DNA of 63,934 nt, filler included, from Acidimicrobiia bacterium (GTDB lineage Bacteria; Actinomycetota; Acidimicrobiia; Spongiisociales; CAZKJJ01): the NCBI GenBank assembly GCA_046759765.1. It is 6 parts of 6 records of this genome, joined end to end, with 100 filler letters (N's around TTAATTAATTAA, not from the genome) between each part and the next. Parts side by side here need not be neighbours in the genome. Positions count along the whole stretch, not along the records: positions 1 to 11,478 come from JBHICV010000070.1; positions 11,579 to 22,798 come from JBHICV010000072.1; 4 more parts are not named here. The stretch is one strand, 5' to 3'. How positions within the stretch are numbered: the stretch's first letter is position 1; the number at the start of each line of letters is the position of its first letter. Shown piece after piece: positions 9,621 to 18,780 of this stretch. The notes beneath the pieces were generated by a model. It saw nothing but the letters and a program-made list of their open reading frames with translations, was not told where the DNA came from and ran no database searches. The position numbers and the translations under genes are program-made.

Positions 9621-10144
9621 GACTGTGCCGGCTCCAATCGCATGACCGTGTCGTCCTGCCAGGTCTCGTTGCCGACCCAGGGCACTAGGTCGGTAATCCA
9701 GTCATGCGAAAAGACGACGCGAACTCCGAGGTAGTCGAGGCTGAGCGCATTGGTGCTGCGGCTGGTGGGTGCCCAGGGACAGCCGTTGTCGCACACGAAA
9801 CCGCCGCCAACCTTTCGATAGATATTCGTTCCGGACAGCGGATCGGAAACGGAGCCGGTGCTGTCGGAGCGAAAGATCCATACTTCCTTCACCAGCGCAC
9901 TGGGATTCGAAGCCAGGGCCTGGTCTACCGCCGCGAGCACCAATGTATCGGCGGCTGGGTCATCGCCCGAGGCGCTTCCGGTCCTCGCTCCCTCCCGGGT
10001 GGCGCTCGAGACTGCCAGCCAGTCAAGGAGGGCGAATCCCATCTCAGCCGCTCCGACGGCGAGCACGATGACGAGCGAGGCGATCAGAGCCGTCTCGATG
10101 AGGGCCGCGCCTCGCTCAGACCGCAGGTCGACGGGGTGCCTCAT
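9617..10144 (-). CDS. TadE-like pseudopilin
   Basis: RG|AALIETA, ATREGAR, C-terminal MRLEP; start overlaps the upstream stop (ATGA). Confidence 0.9.
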   Translation of the reverse strand: MRHPVDLRSERGAALIETALIASLVIVLAVGAAEMGFALLDWLAVSSATREGARTGSASGDDPAADTLVLAAVDQALASNPSALVKEVWIFRSDSTGSVSDPLSGTNIYRKVGGGFVCDNGCPWAPTSRSTNALSLDYLGVRVVFSHDWITDLVPWVGNETWQDDTVMRLEPAQS

Positions 10145-10704
10145 TCGAAGATGCTCGGTTCGAGACGCATGATCGTGCTGCTGGTCCAAGATGAAGTGCT
10201 GCCCCAGAAGCCCGTGATCCAGCGGTGGTTGTAGGTGATCCGGACCTCGACGCGTCCCGTCGTCGGGGCGGATACATCGCGGTCGGTGGGCTTGTACCCC
10301 GGTTCCACGTACGGCGAGGCGCCAGGCGAGCCGCCGGCAAAGAAGTCGGGACATGGGATCCAGTCACAGGGCGGACCCGGGTTGTAGGTGTAGCTGGTTG
10401 TCTCTCCAAATGGGTTGTCGGGGTTTCGAATGGTGATTGAGGTAACGTCGTTCATGTTGGCGCCGGCGAGAGCTGAGACCAGAGCGGTTAGGGCGCCGAA
10501 ATCCGACTGCACATCGGCACCGAGGGTGGCCGCCACCCGGGCCCCTTCGCGCGAGGCGTGGCCGATGGAGAGATAGTCCTTCAATGCGAGGCTGAACTCT
10601 GCGACGCCGAAGATCAGCATCGCGACGATGGGAAAAACAACCGCCGTCTCGACGAGGGTTGCGCCTCGCTCGGCACGGCGCTCCGCTCTAAACCGCCACT
10701 TCAC
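10141..10704 (-). CDS. TadE-like pseudopilin
   Basis: RG|ATLVETA, ASREGAR, C-terminal MRLEP. Confidence 0.9.
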   Translation of the reverse strand: MKWRFRAERRAERGATLVETAVVFPIVAMLIFGVAEFSLALKDYLSIGHASREGARVAATLGADVQSDFGALTALVSALAGANMNDVTSITIRNPDNPFGETTSYTYNPGPPCDWIPCPDFFAGGSPGASPYVEPGYKPTDRDVSAPTTGRVEVRITYNHRWITGFWGSTSSWTSSTIMRLEPSIFE

Positions 10705-10971
10705 TCTTTACCACGCAGGGTGCTCGGCTGACCGCTCTCAGTGAACACTCTATCGCCCGCAGGCTCTGTGCGGGCAAGGAATATTTCGGTAGGCCGCGTA
10801 TTGACTAGCCACCGAAGAATCGACCGCCCTTGTATCAGCATGAGGCACCTCAGCCCGCGCTCACAGCGCAGCTCTCCCGGTGCCCGGTTTGCCCTACCGA
10901 TCAAGCAACGCCGTTGGCCAAACTATCCGCGCTGCGGCCGGCGCACAAGAGGGGAATCTCAGAACCCGGTC

Positions 10972-11478
10972 TCAACCGAAGACGAGGTGGATGGGGTTAC
11001 CGACGATGGTCGCCGCCCACGTCGTGCGGTCGTTTACCGAGCCGCCGTAGTTGTAGCGGATCATCCACCAGCATCCGTTGACCGGGTCGCAGGTGTAGGA
11101 GGGGGGAATGGGCACGGTTATCTCCAGCCAATCGCCATTGAATTTGCATCCGGGTGGGCTGCTGATCTGGCCGCAGTTGGTGGTGGTCCGGGTGGCGTCG
11201 ATGACGCATGGACTCGGGTTTCCCGTCTCCTCGACCGAGCCGTCCTTCCAGCTGATGACCCGATAGGAGCAGGACGGCCAGGGATTGCCGTCCGGACCAA
11301 GCAGCGTCATGGCGTTGGGGATGTTGGCCTCTGCGTCACCGGGGTCGAAGAGCTCCAGGAGCATGTCCTTGCCGGCGTGGACTTCCTTCACCTCGGCGAG
11401 GAAGAACTCCGCCGTTCCACCCGACACGTTGACCCAGATCGACATGTCTCCAATGGCGAAGACCCGCGGCTGGGGCCC
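10972..11478 (-). CDS. TadG-like protein, C-terminal part (5' lost at contig end), paralog of 8130-9620
   Basis: FFLAEV...LELFDPGDA...NGDWLEI...YTC...CWW...DRTTWAATIVGNPIHL matches FYLAEV...VELYDPGDA...NGDWLKV...CWW...DTTTWRAYVVGNPVHL. Confidence 0.8.
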   Translation of the reverse strand, partial: GPQPRVFAIGDMSIWVNVSGGTAEFFLAEVKEVHAGKDMLLELFDPGDAEANIPNAMTLLGPDGNPWPSCSYRVISWKDGSVEETGNPSPCVIDATRTTTNCGQISSPPGCKFNGDWLEITVPIPPSYTCDPVNGCWWMIRYNYGGSVNDRTTWAATIVGNPIHLVFG

Positions 11479-11578
11479 NNNNNNNNNNNNNNNNNNNNNN
11501 NNNNNNNNNNNNNNNNNNNNNNTTAATTAATTAANNNNNNNNNNNNNNNNNNNNNNNNNNNNNNNNNNNNNNNNNNNN
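11479..11578. other. Artificial contig linker
   Basis: N44-TTAATTAATTAA-N44, stops in all six frames. Confidence 0.99.
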
Positions 11579-11763
11579 TCTCCGGTGGCGCCGACGATGA
11601 CGACAACGGCCCTGCGATCCCTACCTCGAGCCAGGATCGAGATCGTATCCTCCACCTCGACCAGCAGCTGGTCTCGGGATTCCGCAAGGGAGTCACGTCC
11701 CGGCGCGGCAACGGTGGTATTGATTGCATCGCGAAGTGCGGCCAGGGCATGCGCCGCCTGCAT
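11579..11763 (-). CDS. N-terminal fragment of a probable P-loop GTPase (dynamin-like family)
   Basis: Helical N-terminus, then hydrophobic strand VVVIVGATG cut at the gap inside a putative Walker A. Confidence 0.5.
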
Positions 11764-11839
11764 GGCGCCGGATTGTCGCACACAGAGGCACCGGAGCCTG
11801 GCACATCCGTGTCACACCCCCCAGGTACGTTGTTCTGTA

Positions 11840-12988
11840 ATGCCGATAAGCCTGACCCCCAATGGGATAGAGATCGATCACCTTGTCGTAGACGATGCGG
11901 TCGTTCGCGACCTTCTGCAGGGCGAGCCGGCACCGCGCCGAGACGAGCTGGTTGCGCGGGCCATCTCCGTTGGGGCTCGGGGCGTTATGACCATGGGGCT
12001 TGGGCTCGATCTGGCCGCTCTGGACGCCACGGTGCACGACTCGGTCTCCTCGGCCATGAGCCGTGCGGTGGAGCAGCTCGGGGGCTGGCGGGAGAGCTTC
12101 CTCGCCAGCTTCGATCCCGGGCGACCGGGAAGCCACACTGCCAGATTCGTCGAAGAGATCGACGCCCTGGTCGGGCGAGGAGGCGCGCTCGAGACCTGGC
12201 TGGGAGCCGCGCTCGATCCACATTCCGACGAAACGGCCCTGGGGCGCCTCGGACAGTCCATGCGGGAGCGCCTCGACCGCCTCGGTGATCTGATAGTCGA
12301 AGAGCGCGGAAGAAAGTCCGAGGCGGAGCGGGGCACGAGGAAGGGCTTCCAGTTCGAGGATGTGGTGGAGGAGCAGGTCCGAGCGACGGCTCGCCATCTG
12401 GGAGCGATCGTCGAACGAACCAGCAGAACGACTGGAGAGATGGGTTTGGCGGGCGACCTGACTGTCGCACTCCAGGGGGGAGACCTGGTTGTCATCGAGG
12501 TCAAGGATCAAGCCCGGATCGCGCTTACGGGACGGGAGAGCATCCTCGACGAGCTGGAGAGAGCAATGACGAACAGGCAGGCAACATTCGCAGTCTGCGT
12601 CTCTGCTCGAGACGCCTATCCCACCGAGGTCGGCGGCTTTGCTAATTACGGCAACAAGGTTCTGGTGACAGATCCAGGTGACGGCACGATGATCGACGTT
12701 GCACTCCGCTGGGCCGCAGCGGCCCTGGCGGCGGCGCCGGACGGCTCTGACCGGCAGATAGATCCGGCCGTGATTGTCGGCAAGCTGCAAGAGATACGAT
12801 CGCTGGCCCAGCTGTTCTCCAGCAACCGCAGGTCACTCACCGAGATCGGGAGGTCAGTCGAGAGCGTGCGGACGTCAATGGGTGAGATGCGGGGGCGTCT
12901 TATCGCCCTCACCGAGGAGCTGCTTGGTGATCTCAGGCTGCCGGCCTCGGGGGAAGTGGTGGAGTTGCATCGAGCAGCTAAGAGCTGA
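11840..12988 (+). CDS. Coiled-coil protein with PD-(D/E)xK nuclease-like domain (RmuC/DUF2130-like)
   Basis: KGFQFEDVV...AGDLTV...VIEVK motif set between helical regions. Confidence 0.65.
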   Translation: MPISLTPNGIEIDHLVVDDAVVRDLLQGEPAPRRDELVARAISVGARGVMTMGLGLDLAALDATVHDSVSSAMSRAVEQLGGWRESFLASFDPGRPGSHTARFVEEIDALVGRGGALETWLGAALDPHSDETALGRLGQSMRERLDRLGDLIVEERGRKSEAERGTRKGFQFEDVVEEQVRATARHLGAIVERTSRTTGEMGLAGDLTVALQGGDLVVIEVKDQARIALTGRESILDELERAMTNRQATFAVCVSARDAYPTEVGGFANYGNKVLVTDPGDGTMIDVALRWAAAALAAAPDGSDRQIDPAVIVGKLQEIRSLAQLFSSNRRSLTEIGRSVESVRTSMGEMRGRLIALTEELLGDLRLPASGEVVELHRAAKS

Positions 12989-12991
12989 GGC

Positions 12992-13777
12992 TCAAACCTC
13001 TCTCCGCGACACAGCTATGCGAGCCGCCGCTTGCCCTTCGGTGCATGTCTCGAGCCGGGCGCAACCTGTGCACCACGGACCTCCCGTCCGGGGCAGGGCT
13101 CGGCGGTCCTGCCACGACGAGCGGAGGTCGGTCACCATGAGTGCGACCGCCTTAGCTGTCGACTGGACGCTGGCCGAAGTCGGGACAGAGCGGGACCGCT
13201 CCCCCGTTCGCACCGAGACAGCCTCCACGATCTGCGGAAGCTCGGAGTGCACGAGGACCCAGAGCAGGCTGTAGAAGCCCAGCTGCGCCTCCGCCTCTCC
13301 GAGGCCGCCCGTCTTCCAATCGACCAGCCGCACGTCCTCTTCGTCCTCGAAGACCGCGTCGATGGTGCCGACGAGCTCGACGCCCTCCTGAGGCTCGGCT
13401 TCCAGCTCGAGCTCCGAGCCGGTGAATCCGTCGGTCGGGAGCCTCACGAACCGTTCGTATAGTGCCCTGACCTCTTCGAATACCCGGTCCAGGTCGGACG
13501 TCTTTAGGCCCAGCGAAGCCATCTTGTGGTTCAGGTTCGAGCTGCCGATTTCCTGCCGGCATGCTTGATCGAACTCGTCGGGCGGGATCGGTCCGGTCGC
13601 CAGATGTCGTGAGAAGAGCCGGTGGGCCAAACCGCCTCGGAAGGCACTGATGGTATCCGGCCCGTATTCCCCCTGGAGCCTGGAGTCGGCGAGCTCCGGG
13701 CACTGCCTGTACGCAACGAACGTTGAAGCAGAGACACGAACGGGCTCGCCGTCAGGCACCGAAGGAAACTCGAGCAT
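12992..13777 (-). CDS. RecB/Cas4-like PD-(D/E)xK nuclease with Fe-S-type cysteines
   Basis: SAS..YRQCP, G.LAH, ELEL, GTIDAV, LVDWKTG, QLGFY, WCTGCARLETC. Confidence 0.85.
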   Translation of the reverse strand: MLEFPSVPDGEPVRVSASTFVAYRQCPELADSRLQGEYGPDTISAFRGGLAHRLFSRHLATGPIPPDEFDQACRQEIGSSNLNHKMASLGLKTSDLDRVFEEVRALYERFVRLPTDGFTGSELELEAEPQEGVELVGTIDAVFEDEEDVRLVDWKTGGLGEAEAQLGFYSLLWVLVHSELPQIVEAVSVRTGERSRSVPTSASVQSTAKAVALMVTDLRSSWQDRRALPRTGGPWCTGCARLETCTEGQAAARIAVSRREV

Positions 13778-13859
13778 GGGCCGATCGTATCGACGTGACG
13801 GTTCGTTGAGGGACAGCATCGGTAAAATGCCGGCCGCGACAGGGACTTCCATAGCCAAA

Positions 13860-15785
13860 ATGCCCATGCTTTCACGGATCGCTTTGGTAGTGATCGGCGC
13901 GCTTGCCGGTCTGGCGGCGATCGTCCTCTCTGCCTTCTTTATCTATCGATGGAGCCACTCGGGTGAGGTGCTCGGCGTTGTCGTAGTTGGCAGTGCTCAG
14001 GTAGGGGGATTGAGTGAGATCGAGGCCACCGCGGAGGTCCTTGCCGTCGAGGACGAGCTGGTCTCGACACCGTCGACAGTCCGAGTCAACGGCTCCGACT
14101 TCGAGCTACTGCCCCACACAGTGGCCTTCGAAGTCGATGAGTCCTCGATCGTCTCCTCGGCAATGCTGATCGGCCGGGAGGGTGGACTCGCTTCACAGTT
14201 CACATGGTGGCTCACCTCCTTTGGAGAAACCTTCTCGTTGCCGCTGGTTGGTTCACTCAATGAGGAGGCGCTCCACGTCCTGCTGGATCAGTGGGAGGTC
14301 GACTCTGGCATGGAACTCCCATTCGACGGCGCCATAACACTCGAGGGAGCCACGCCGTTTGTTCAGTATCCGAGGCCTGGCTTGGGCATCGATCGTCCGG
14401 GGGTGCCCCAGCAGATTCTCGGGACACTTCTTCAACATGAGCGCCGACCGGTGGTGCTTCCGACGAACGTCCTCGAGCCTGCGTTAACGCAGCAGGATCT
14501 GGATCAGAGCCTGGCGCATGCGCGGAAGCTCCTCTCTGGCCCCGTAACGCTCACCAGGGATGATCCGGAAGTCAGCGTGACCTTCTCAACCGAGCAGCTT
14601 GCACAATCATTCGTCGCCACCATCATCCACGGACCGAATCCACGCATGCAGCTGGGGTTCGACGTGACGGCTATCGACAGCTACCTGAACGCGATTCGAG
14701 AGGATCTCGAGGCTCCGCCCCGTAACGCCGAGTTCGTCGTTGATGAGGACGATCGAATCAGGATCCTGCCCAGTCGTCCGGGGACCCTGGTGGACAGTGG
14801 CCTCGCGGCGGAGGCGGTTACAGATGCAGCCGGTACGTTCGCTCGGCTGGGTGAATTTCCCTTTGAGGACGGTGCCGAGCCGGAGGTGACTACCGCATCG
14901 CTCGAGCGACTCGGAATCGAGCATCTGGTGTCGGCCTTCACCACCTATCACAGCTGCTGCCAATGTCGCGTCAACAACATCCATCTGATCGCGGACGAAA
15001 TCGACGGAGCTTTGGTCCTTCCGGGTGAAACCTTCTCTGTCAATGAGCACGTCGGACCTCGCACTACGGCCGAGGGATATTGCGAAGCGGGAACGATCAT
15101 CGGCGGAGAGCTAGAGGACACGGTTGGCGGTGGAGTGAGCCAATTCGCCACGACGTTCTACAACGCCGTCTTCTGGGGCGGCTACGAGGACATCGAGCAC
15201 AAGCCCCACAGTCTGTACTTCAGCCGGTACCCGGAAGGTATCGAGGGGACGATCTCTTGGCCAGCCCCGAATCTGATCTTCCGTAACGACACAGACTCCG
15301 GCGTCTTGATCAAGACCGACTACACGGATACTTCGATCACCGTCAAGTTCTTCGGATTCAACGGAGGTCGCATCGTCGTTGGGGAGCAGAAAGGCGGCGA
15401 CACGATACTTCGCGTCGTTGCGCCCGGAAGTGACGCTCGAATCGTCACCGCCGAGCTCTCAGAGCGGTACAACTTCCGCGACTCCAAGACCAAGTACGAG
15501 GCGGATCCCACCCTGGCGCCCGGCGAGGAGGTGGTCGAGACCCGAGGCGGACGGGGGTGGAGCGTCGACGTCGCGCGGACGATTCGTTATCCGGACGGGA
15601 CCGAGGTGCAGAACTTCTGGACCGTCCGCTATGGCCCGCCGTTTCGTGTGATCCTCGTGCATCCATGCATGGTGCCCGAGGGTCACGAGGGTTACACGGG
15701 CGAAGAGTGCCCGGAGGAGACCACCACGGTACCGGAGACCTCGATTCCTCCCACGACCGTGCCGCCGACTACGACCGAAGGATGA
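13860..15785 (+). CDS. VanW family protein with N-terminal TM anchor and PG-binding repeats
   Basis: RVNNIHL...VLPGETFSVN...VGGGVSQFATTFYNA...HKPHSLYFSRYPEG.EGTI...FRND. Confidence 0.9.
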   Translation: MPMLSRIALVVIGALAGLAAIVLSAFFIYRWSHSGEVLGVVVVGSAQVGGLSEIEATAEVLAVEDELVSTPSTVRVNGSDFELLPHTVAFEVDESSIVSSAMLIGREGGLASQFTWWLTSFGETFSLPLVGSLNEEALHVLLDQWEVDSGMELPFDGAITLEGATPFVQYPRPGLGIDRPGVPQQILGTLLQHERRPVVLPTNVLEPALTQQDLDQSLAHARKLLSGPVTLTRDDPEVSVTFSTEQLAQSFVATIIHGPNPRMQLGFDVTAIDSYLNAIREDLEAPPRNAEFVVDEDDRIRILPSRPGTLVDSGLAAEAVTDAAGTFARLGEFPFEDGAEPEVTTASLERLGIEHLVSAFTTYHSCCQCRVNNIHLIADEIDGALVLPGETFSVNEHVGPRTTAEGYCEAGTIIGGELEDTVGGGVSQFATTFYNAVFWGGYEDIEHKPHSLYFSRYPEGIEGTISWPAPNLIFRNDTDSGVLIKTDYTDTSITVKFFGFNGGRIVVGEQKGGDTILRVVAPGSDARIVTAELSERYNFRDSKTKYEADPTLAPGEEVVETRGGRGWSVDVARTIRYPDGTEVQNFWTVRYGPPFRVILVHPCMVPEGHEGYTGEECPEETTTVPETSIPPTTVPPTTTEG

Positions 15786-15786
15786 T

Positions 15787-16095
15787 TTACTCGTCGCGGT
15801 TTTCGTCGTAGTGGACGAAGAGGTTACGAATGATGTTCGAGCTGGTATCTACCACGTCCTCGGTCCACCCTTCGGTGCGCTCGACTGAAATGGTGTTGGA
15901 GAGCACGTAGACACCGGAGATGTCAGGATCGGCGGCCCATAGTTGAGCCGCGAGCCGGGCCGGCCAGGTCTCGGATTGTTCCGCGTCGGCGGCGGATTCG
16001 AAACTCTCCCCATCCTGTCCGCCCAGCGTCCGATCGGTGGCGAAAATCGTGACTTCGCCGAGTCGAGTGGCATGAACCTCGATCAGCTGACCCAC
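15787..16095 (-). CDS. Small protein resembling the NifU/Nfu N-terminal scaffold domain
   Basis: SD AAGGAGG then GTG; F.TDRTL...LAAQLW...ISGVYVLSNTISV...W. Confidence 0.6.
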   Translation of the reverse strand: MGQLIEVHATRLGEVTIFATDRTLGGQDGESFESAADAEQSETWPARLAAQLWAADPDISGVYVLSNTISVERTEGWTEDVVDTSSNIIRNLFVHYDENRDE

Positions 16096-16132
16096 ATACC
16101 CTCCTTGCGGCCGGGACTGTAGTAGAAGCCCC

Positions 16133-17554
16133 CTAGCGGCCAACAGCTGAGATCTCGTGCAGTTTGAGCAGATTGGTTGAAGCCTGCTGGTTAGGAGGTA
16201 TGCCGGCAATCATCACGACTGCATCACCTTCTTTACACAGCCCTGTCTCCAGGAGGTGGCTTTCGGCGCCCTCGATCATGTCGTCTGTATGCGAAAGACG
16301 CTCGAAGGACTGCGGCTCTACGCCCCAGTAGAGCGCCATTCTTCGTCGGGTCGCTTCTATCGGAGAGAACGCCACGATGTTGGCGGCCGGCCGGTTCTTC
16401 GATACCAGCCTGGCCGTGTTGCCCGTTTCAGTGAAAGCGACGATGGTGCCCAAGTCGAGGTCGTCGGCAACATCGACCGCGGCCCTGGCAACCGCAGAAG
16501 CGAAAGTCGGGCGACCCGTGAGAACTCCCTCGGCATCCCGTCCCGGTCGTTCGAGGCGAGCTTCCGCGGCGACACAAATCCTCGCCATTGCCTCCACGGC
16601 TCGAGCGGGATGATCACCTATGGCGGTTTCCGCGGAGAGCATCACCGCGTCGCTGCCCGAAAGAACTGCCGTCGCCACGTCGGTTACTTCGGCACGGGTT
16701 GGCCGCGAGGCGTGAACCATCGACTCGAGCATCTCCGTCGCCGTGATCGAAATCAGACCCGCCGCATTCGTTCTTGCGAGTACCTCCTGCTGGACGAGAG
16801 GAATCTCCTCGAGCGGCAGCTCGACGCCGAGATCGCCCCGGGCGACCATGACGCCTTGCGAAGCGGTGAGCACGTCATCCAGGTTCTCGTAGGCGGCCGC
16901 CGACTCGACTTTGGCGATCAAATGGGTCTCTTTGGGAACCAACGATTCGACATCCCGCAGATCCTCTCCGCTGCGGACGAACGAAACGGCCACATAGTCG
17001 AAACCGACCTCAGCCCCGAACTCGAGGTCACTGCGATCCTTCTCCGTCAGATGGGGCATGGACAGACTCGAGGCCGGCAGCGCCACCCCGCAATGATCCG
17101 TCAGGTCACCGCCCTCGACCACCTCGGCCAGAAGATGTTCGTCGGCGGACTCCGTGACAACCAGACGCACCTGCCCATCAGCCAGCACCAGCGGATCGCC
17201 AACCGAGACGTCCTCCAGCAACCCCGGGTAGTCGATCGGTACCTCATTCTCCGCCGTCGACTGGGATCGGCTGGAGACCACCACCCGCGAGCCGGCTTCG
17301 AGCCGTATCCCGCCGTCGCGGAAAGTTCCCACGCGTATCTTGGGGCCGGCCAGATCCTGCAGCAGCGCCACCGGACGACGCTGTGCCTCGGCGGCGGACC
17401 GCACCCACTCCGCAAACTGTCGATGTCCATCTCGGTCGCCGTGGGAGAAGTTGAGACGGGCGACATCCGTTCCGGCCGTGATCAGATCGGAAATTCCCTG
17501 CTCAGAGGCAACCGCAGGGCCTACTGTGGCGATGATCTTCGTGTGCCTTCCCAT
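16133..17554 (-). CDS. pyk: Pyruvate kinase
   Basis: TKIIATVGP, RLNFSHG, DLAGPKIR, AKVE, MVARGDLGVE, PTRAE.TDV, MLSAETA.G. Confidence 0.97.
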   Translation of the reverse strand: MGRHTKIIATVGPAVASEQGISDLITAGTDVARLNFSHGDRDGHRQFAEWVRSAAEAQRRPVALLQDLAGPKIRVGTFRDGGIRLEAGSRVVVSSRSQSTAENEVPIDYPGLLEDVSVGDPLVLADGQVRLVVTESADEHLLAEVVEGGDLTDHCGVALPASSLSMPHLTEKDRSDLEFGAEVGFDYVAVSFVRSGEDLRDVESLVPKETHLIAKVESAAAYENLDDVLTASQGVMVARGDLGVELPLEEIPLVQQEVLARTNAAGLISITATEMLESMVHASRPTRAEVTDVATAVLSGSDAVMLSAETAIGDHPARAVEAMARICVAAEARLERPGRDAEGVLTGRPTFASAVARAAVDVADDLDLGTIVAFTETGNTARLVSKNRPAANIVAFSPIEATRRRMALYWGVEPQSFERLSHTDDMIEGAESHLLETGLCKEGDAVVMIAGIPPNQQASTNLLKLHEISAVGR

Positions 17555-17641
17555 AGACGACCCACGATAGATCCGACTGCCTCTCGGAGGGCGCCGGCGT
17601 ACTGACGACCACCGGCGACTGGTTAGCATCGAGCCCGGCTC

Positions 17642-18478
17642 ATGAGCCGTTTCGTCATCGCCCAGATATCAGATCTTCACTGCGGGTCGTTGCTATACGA
17701 CCCGGATCTCTTGGAAGCGGCGGTGGGCGAGATCCGTGCCCTGCAACCCGACCTGGTTGTGGTGGCCGGCGACCTGACGGAGTTCGGCTACGCGTCGGAG
17801 TTCCAGGAAGCACATGGCGCCCTCCGGCCGCTCATGGAGGAGCTCACCACGATCGTCATTCCCGGCAACCACGACTCCAAGAACGTGGGCTATGTCCACT
17901 TCCAGGACTACTTCGGGAAAGGAGACGCCTCGGGCAAGTCAGACCGGGTTCTGCACATGGCCCGTGAGTCGTCGCCCTCGCGGATAAGCGTCGTCGCGAT
18001 GGACTCGTCCAAGCCCGACCTCGCTGAAGGTGAGATCGGTCGGGAGAGATATGAGTGGATTCGGGAGCAGTTCTCGGTGCCGGCGGACTTTCGCATCTTT
18101 TGCTTACACCACCATCTGGTCCCGGTACCCGGGACCGGCCGAGAGCGCAACATCGTCTGGGATGCCGGGGACGTAATGGCGCTGCTCGAGGACCGGGAAG
18201 TCAACTTGGTTCTCAGCGGCCACAAACACGTCCCCCATGTCTGGGAGATGGCCGGCATCCTGATCGTTAACAGCGGCACTGCTTCGTCGTATCGGCTGAG
18301 GGGTTACACCCGGCCTTCATACAACGTGATCCACGTCGACGAGGGAGCGATCGATGTGGCCCTCATCTACCCGGGGACGGGCGAACGGAGAGCCGCTTCC
18401 TACCTGCGTTACGAGCGAAGGCTCGACCGTAACCCCGACCTGGCGGGAATGTTCTCTAAGGCGACCTGGAGCTGGTGA
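17642..18478 (+). CDS. Calcineurin-like metallophosphoesterase (Icc/CpdA-like)
   Basis: SDLH, AGDL, PGNHD, HHH, SGHKH motifs. Confidence 0.9.
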   Translation: MSRFVIAQISDLHCGSLLYDPDLLEAAVGEIRALQPDLVVVAGDLTEFGYASEFQEAHGALRPLMEELTTIVIPGNHDSKNVGYVHFQDYFGKGDASGKSDRVLHMARESSPSRISVVAMDSSKPDLAEGEIGRERYEWIREQFSVPADFRIFCLHHHLVPVPGTGRERNIVWDAGDVMALLEDREVNLVLSGHKHVPHVWEMAGILIVNSGTASSYRLRGYTRPSYNVIHVDEGAIDVALIYPGTGERRAASYLRYERRLDRNPDLAGMFSKATWSW

Positions 18479-18780
18479 TGATCGTTCGAATGTTTCTGTC
18501 TGCGTGCGCGCCGCAGGACATGGACGAGGTGATACGACTCTTTCAGGAAGACGTGGTTCCCGCGTTCGAGGCTTACGAAGACTGCCTGGGGATTGAGCTG
18601 ATCGCTTCGGTCACACCAGGCGTCGACGGCATGATCGAGGGCGGTGCAATGACGCGCTGGACCTCGCTAGAAGCGATGGAAGAGATCGTCGCCAAGCCGG
18701 ATATAACAGCTAGCCAGGTCCGCCTCCGCGAGTACCTGCGGAGGACGCCGCTCGTCAAGGTGTACGAGGTCGTTTCCTGA
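18475..18780 (+). CDS. ABM-like (dimeric alpha/beta barrel) protein
   Basis: About 100 aa; MIVRM...VVP...G...TRWTSLEAM...YEV. Confidence 0.65.
   Translation: MMIVRMFLSACAPQDMDEVIRLFQEDVVPAFEAYEDCLGIELIASVTPGVDGMIEGGAMTRWTSLEAMEEIVAKPDITASQVRLREYLRRTPLVKVYEVVS

Noticed and set aside
10860..10900. c-di-GMP-I riboswitch upstream of a Tad cassette (minus strand GGGCAAACC)
   Set aside because: The GNRA-capped stem and the GACGCAAAGC segment are missing; would need an Infernal hit
5613..10971. Shufflon-style inversion of Tad cassettes
   Set aside because: All cassettes are co-oriented; no shared recombination repeats or recombinase visible
12992..13777. CRISPR-Cas locus
   Set aside because: No repeat-spacer array, cas1 or cas2 seen anywhere in the window
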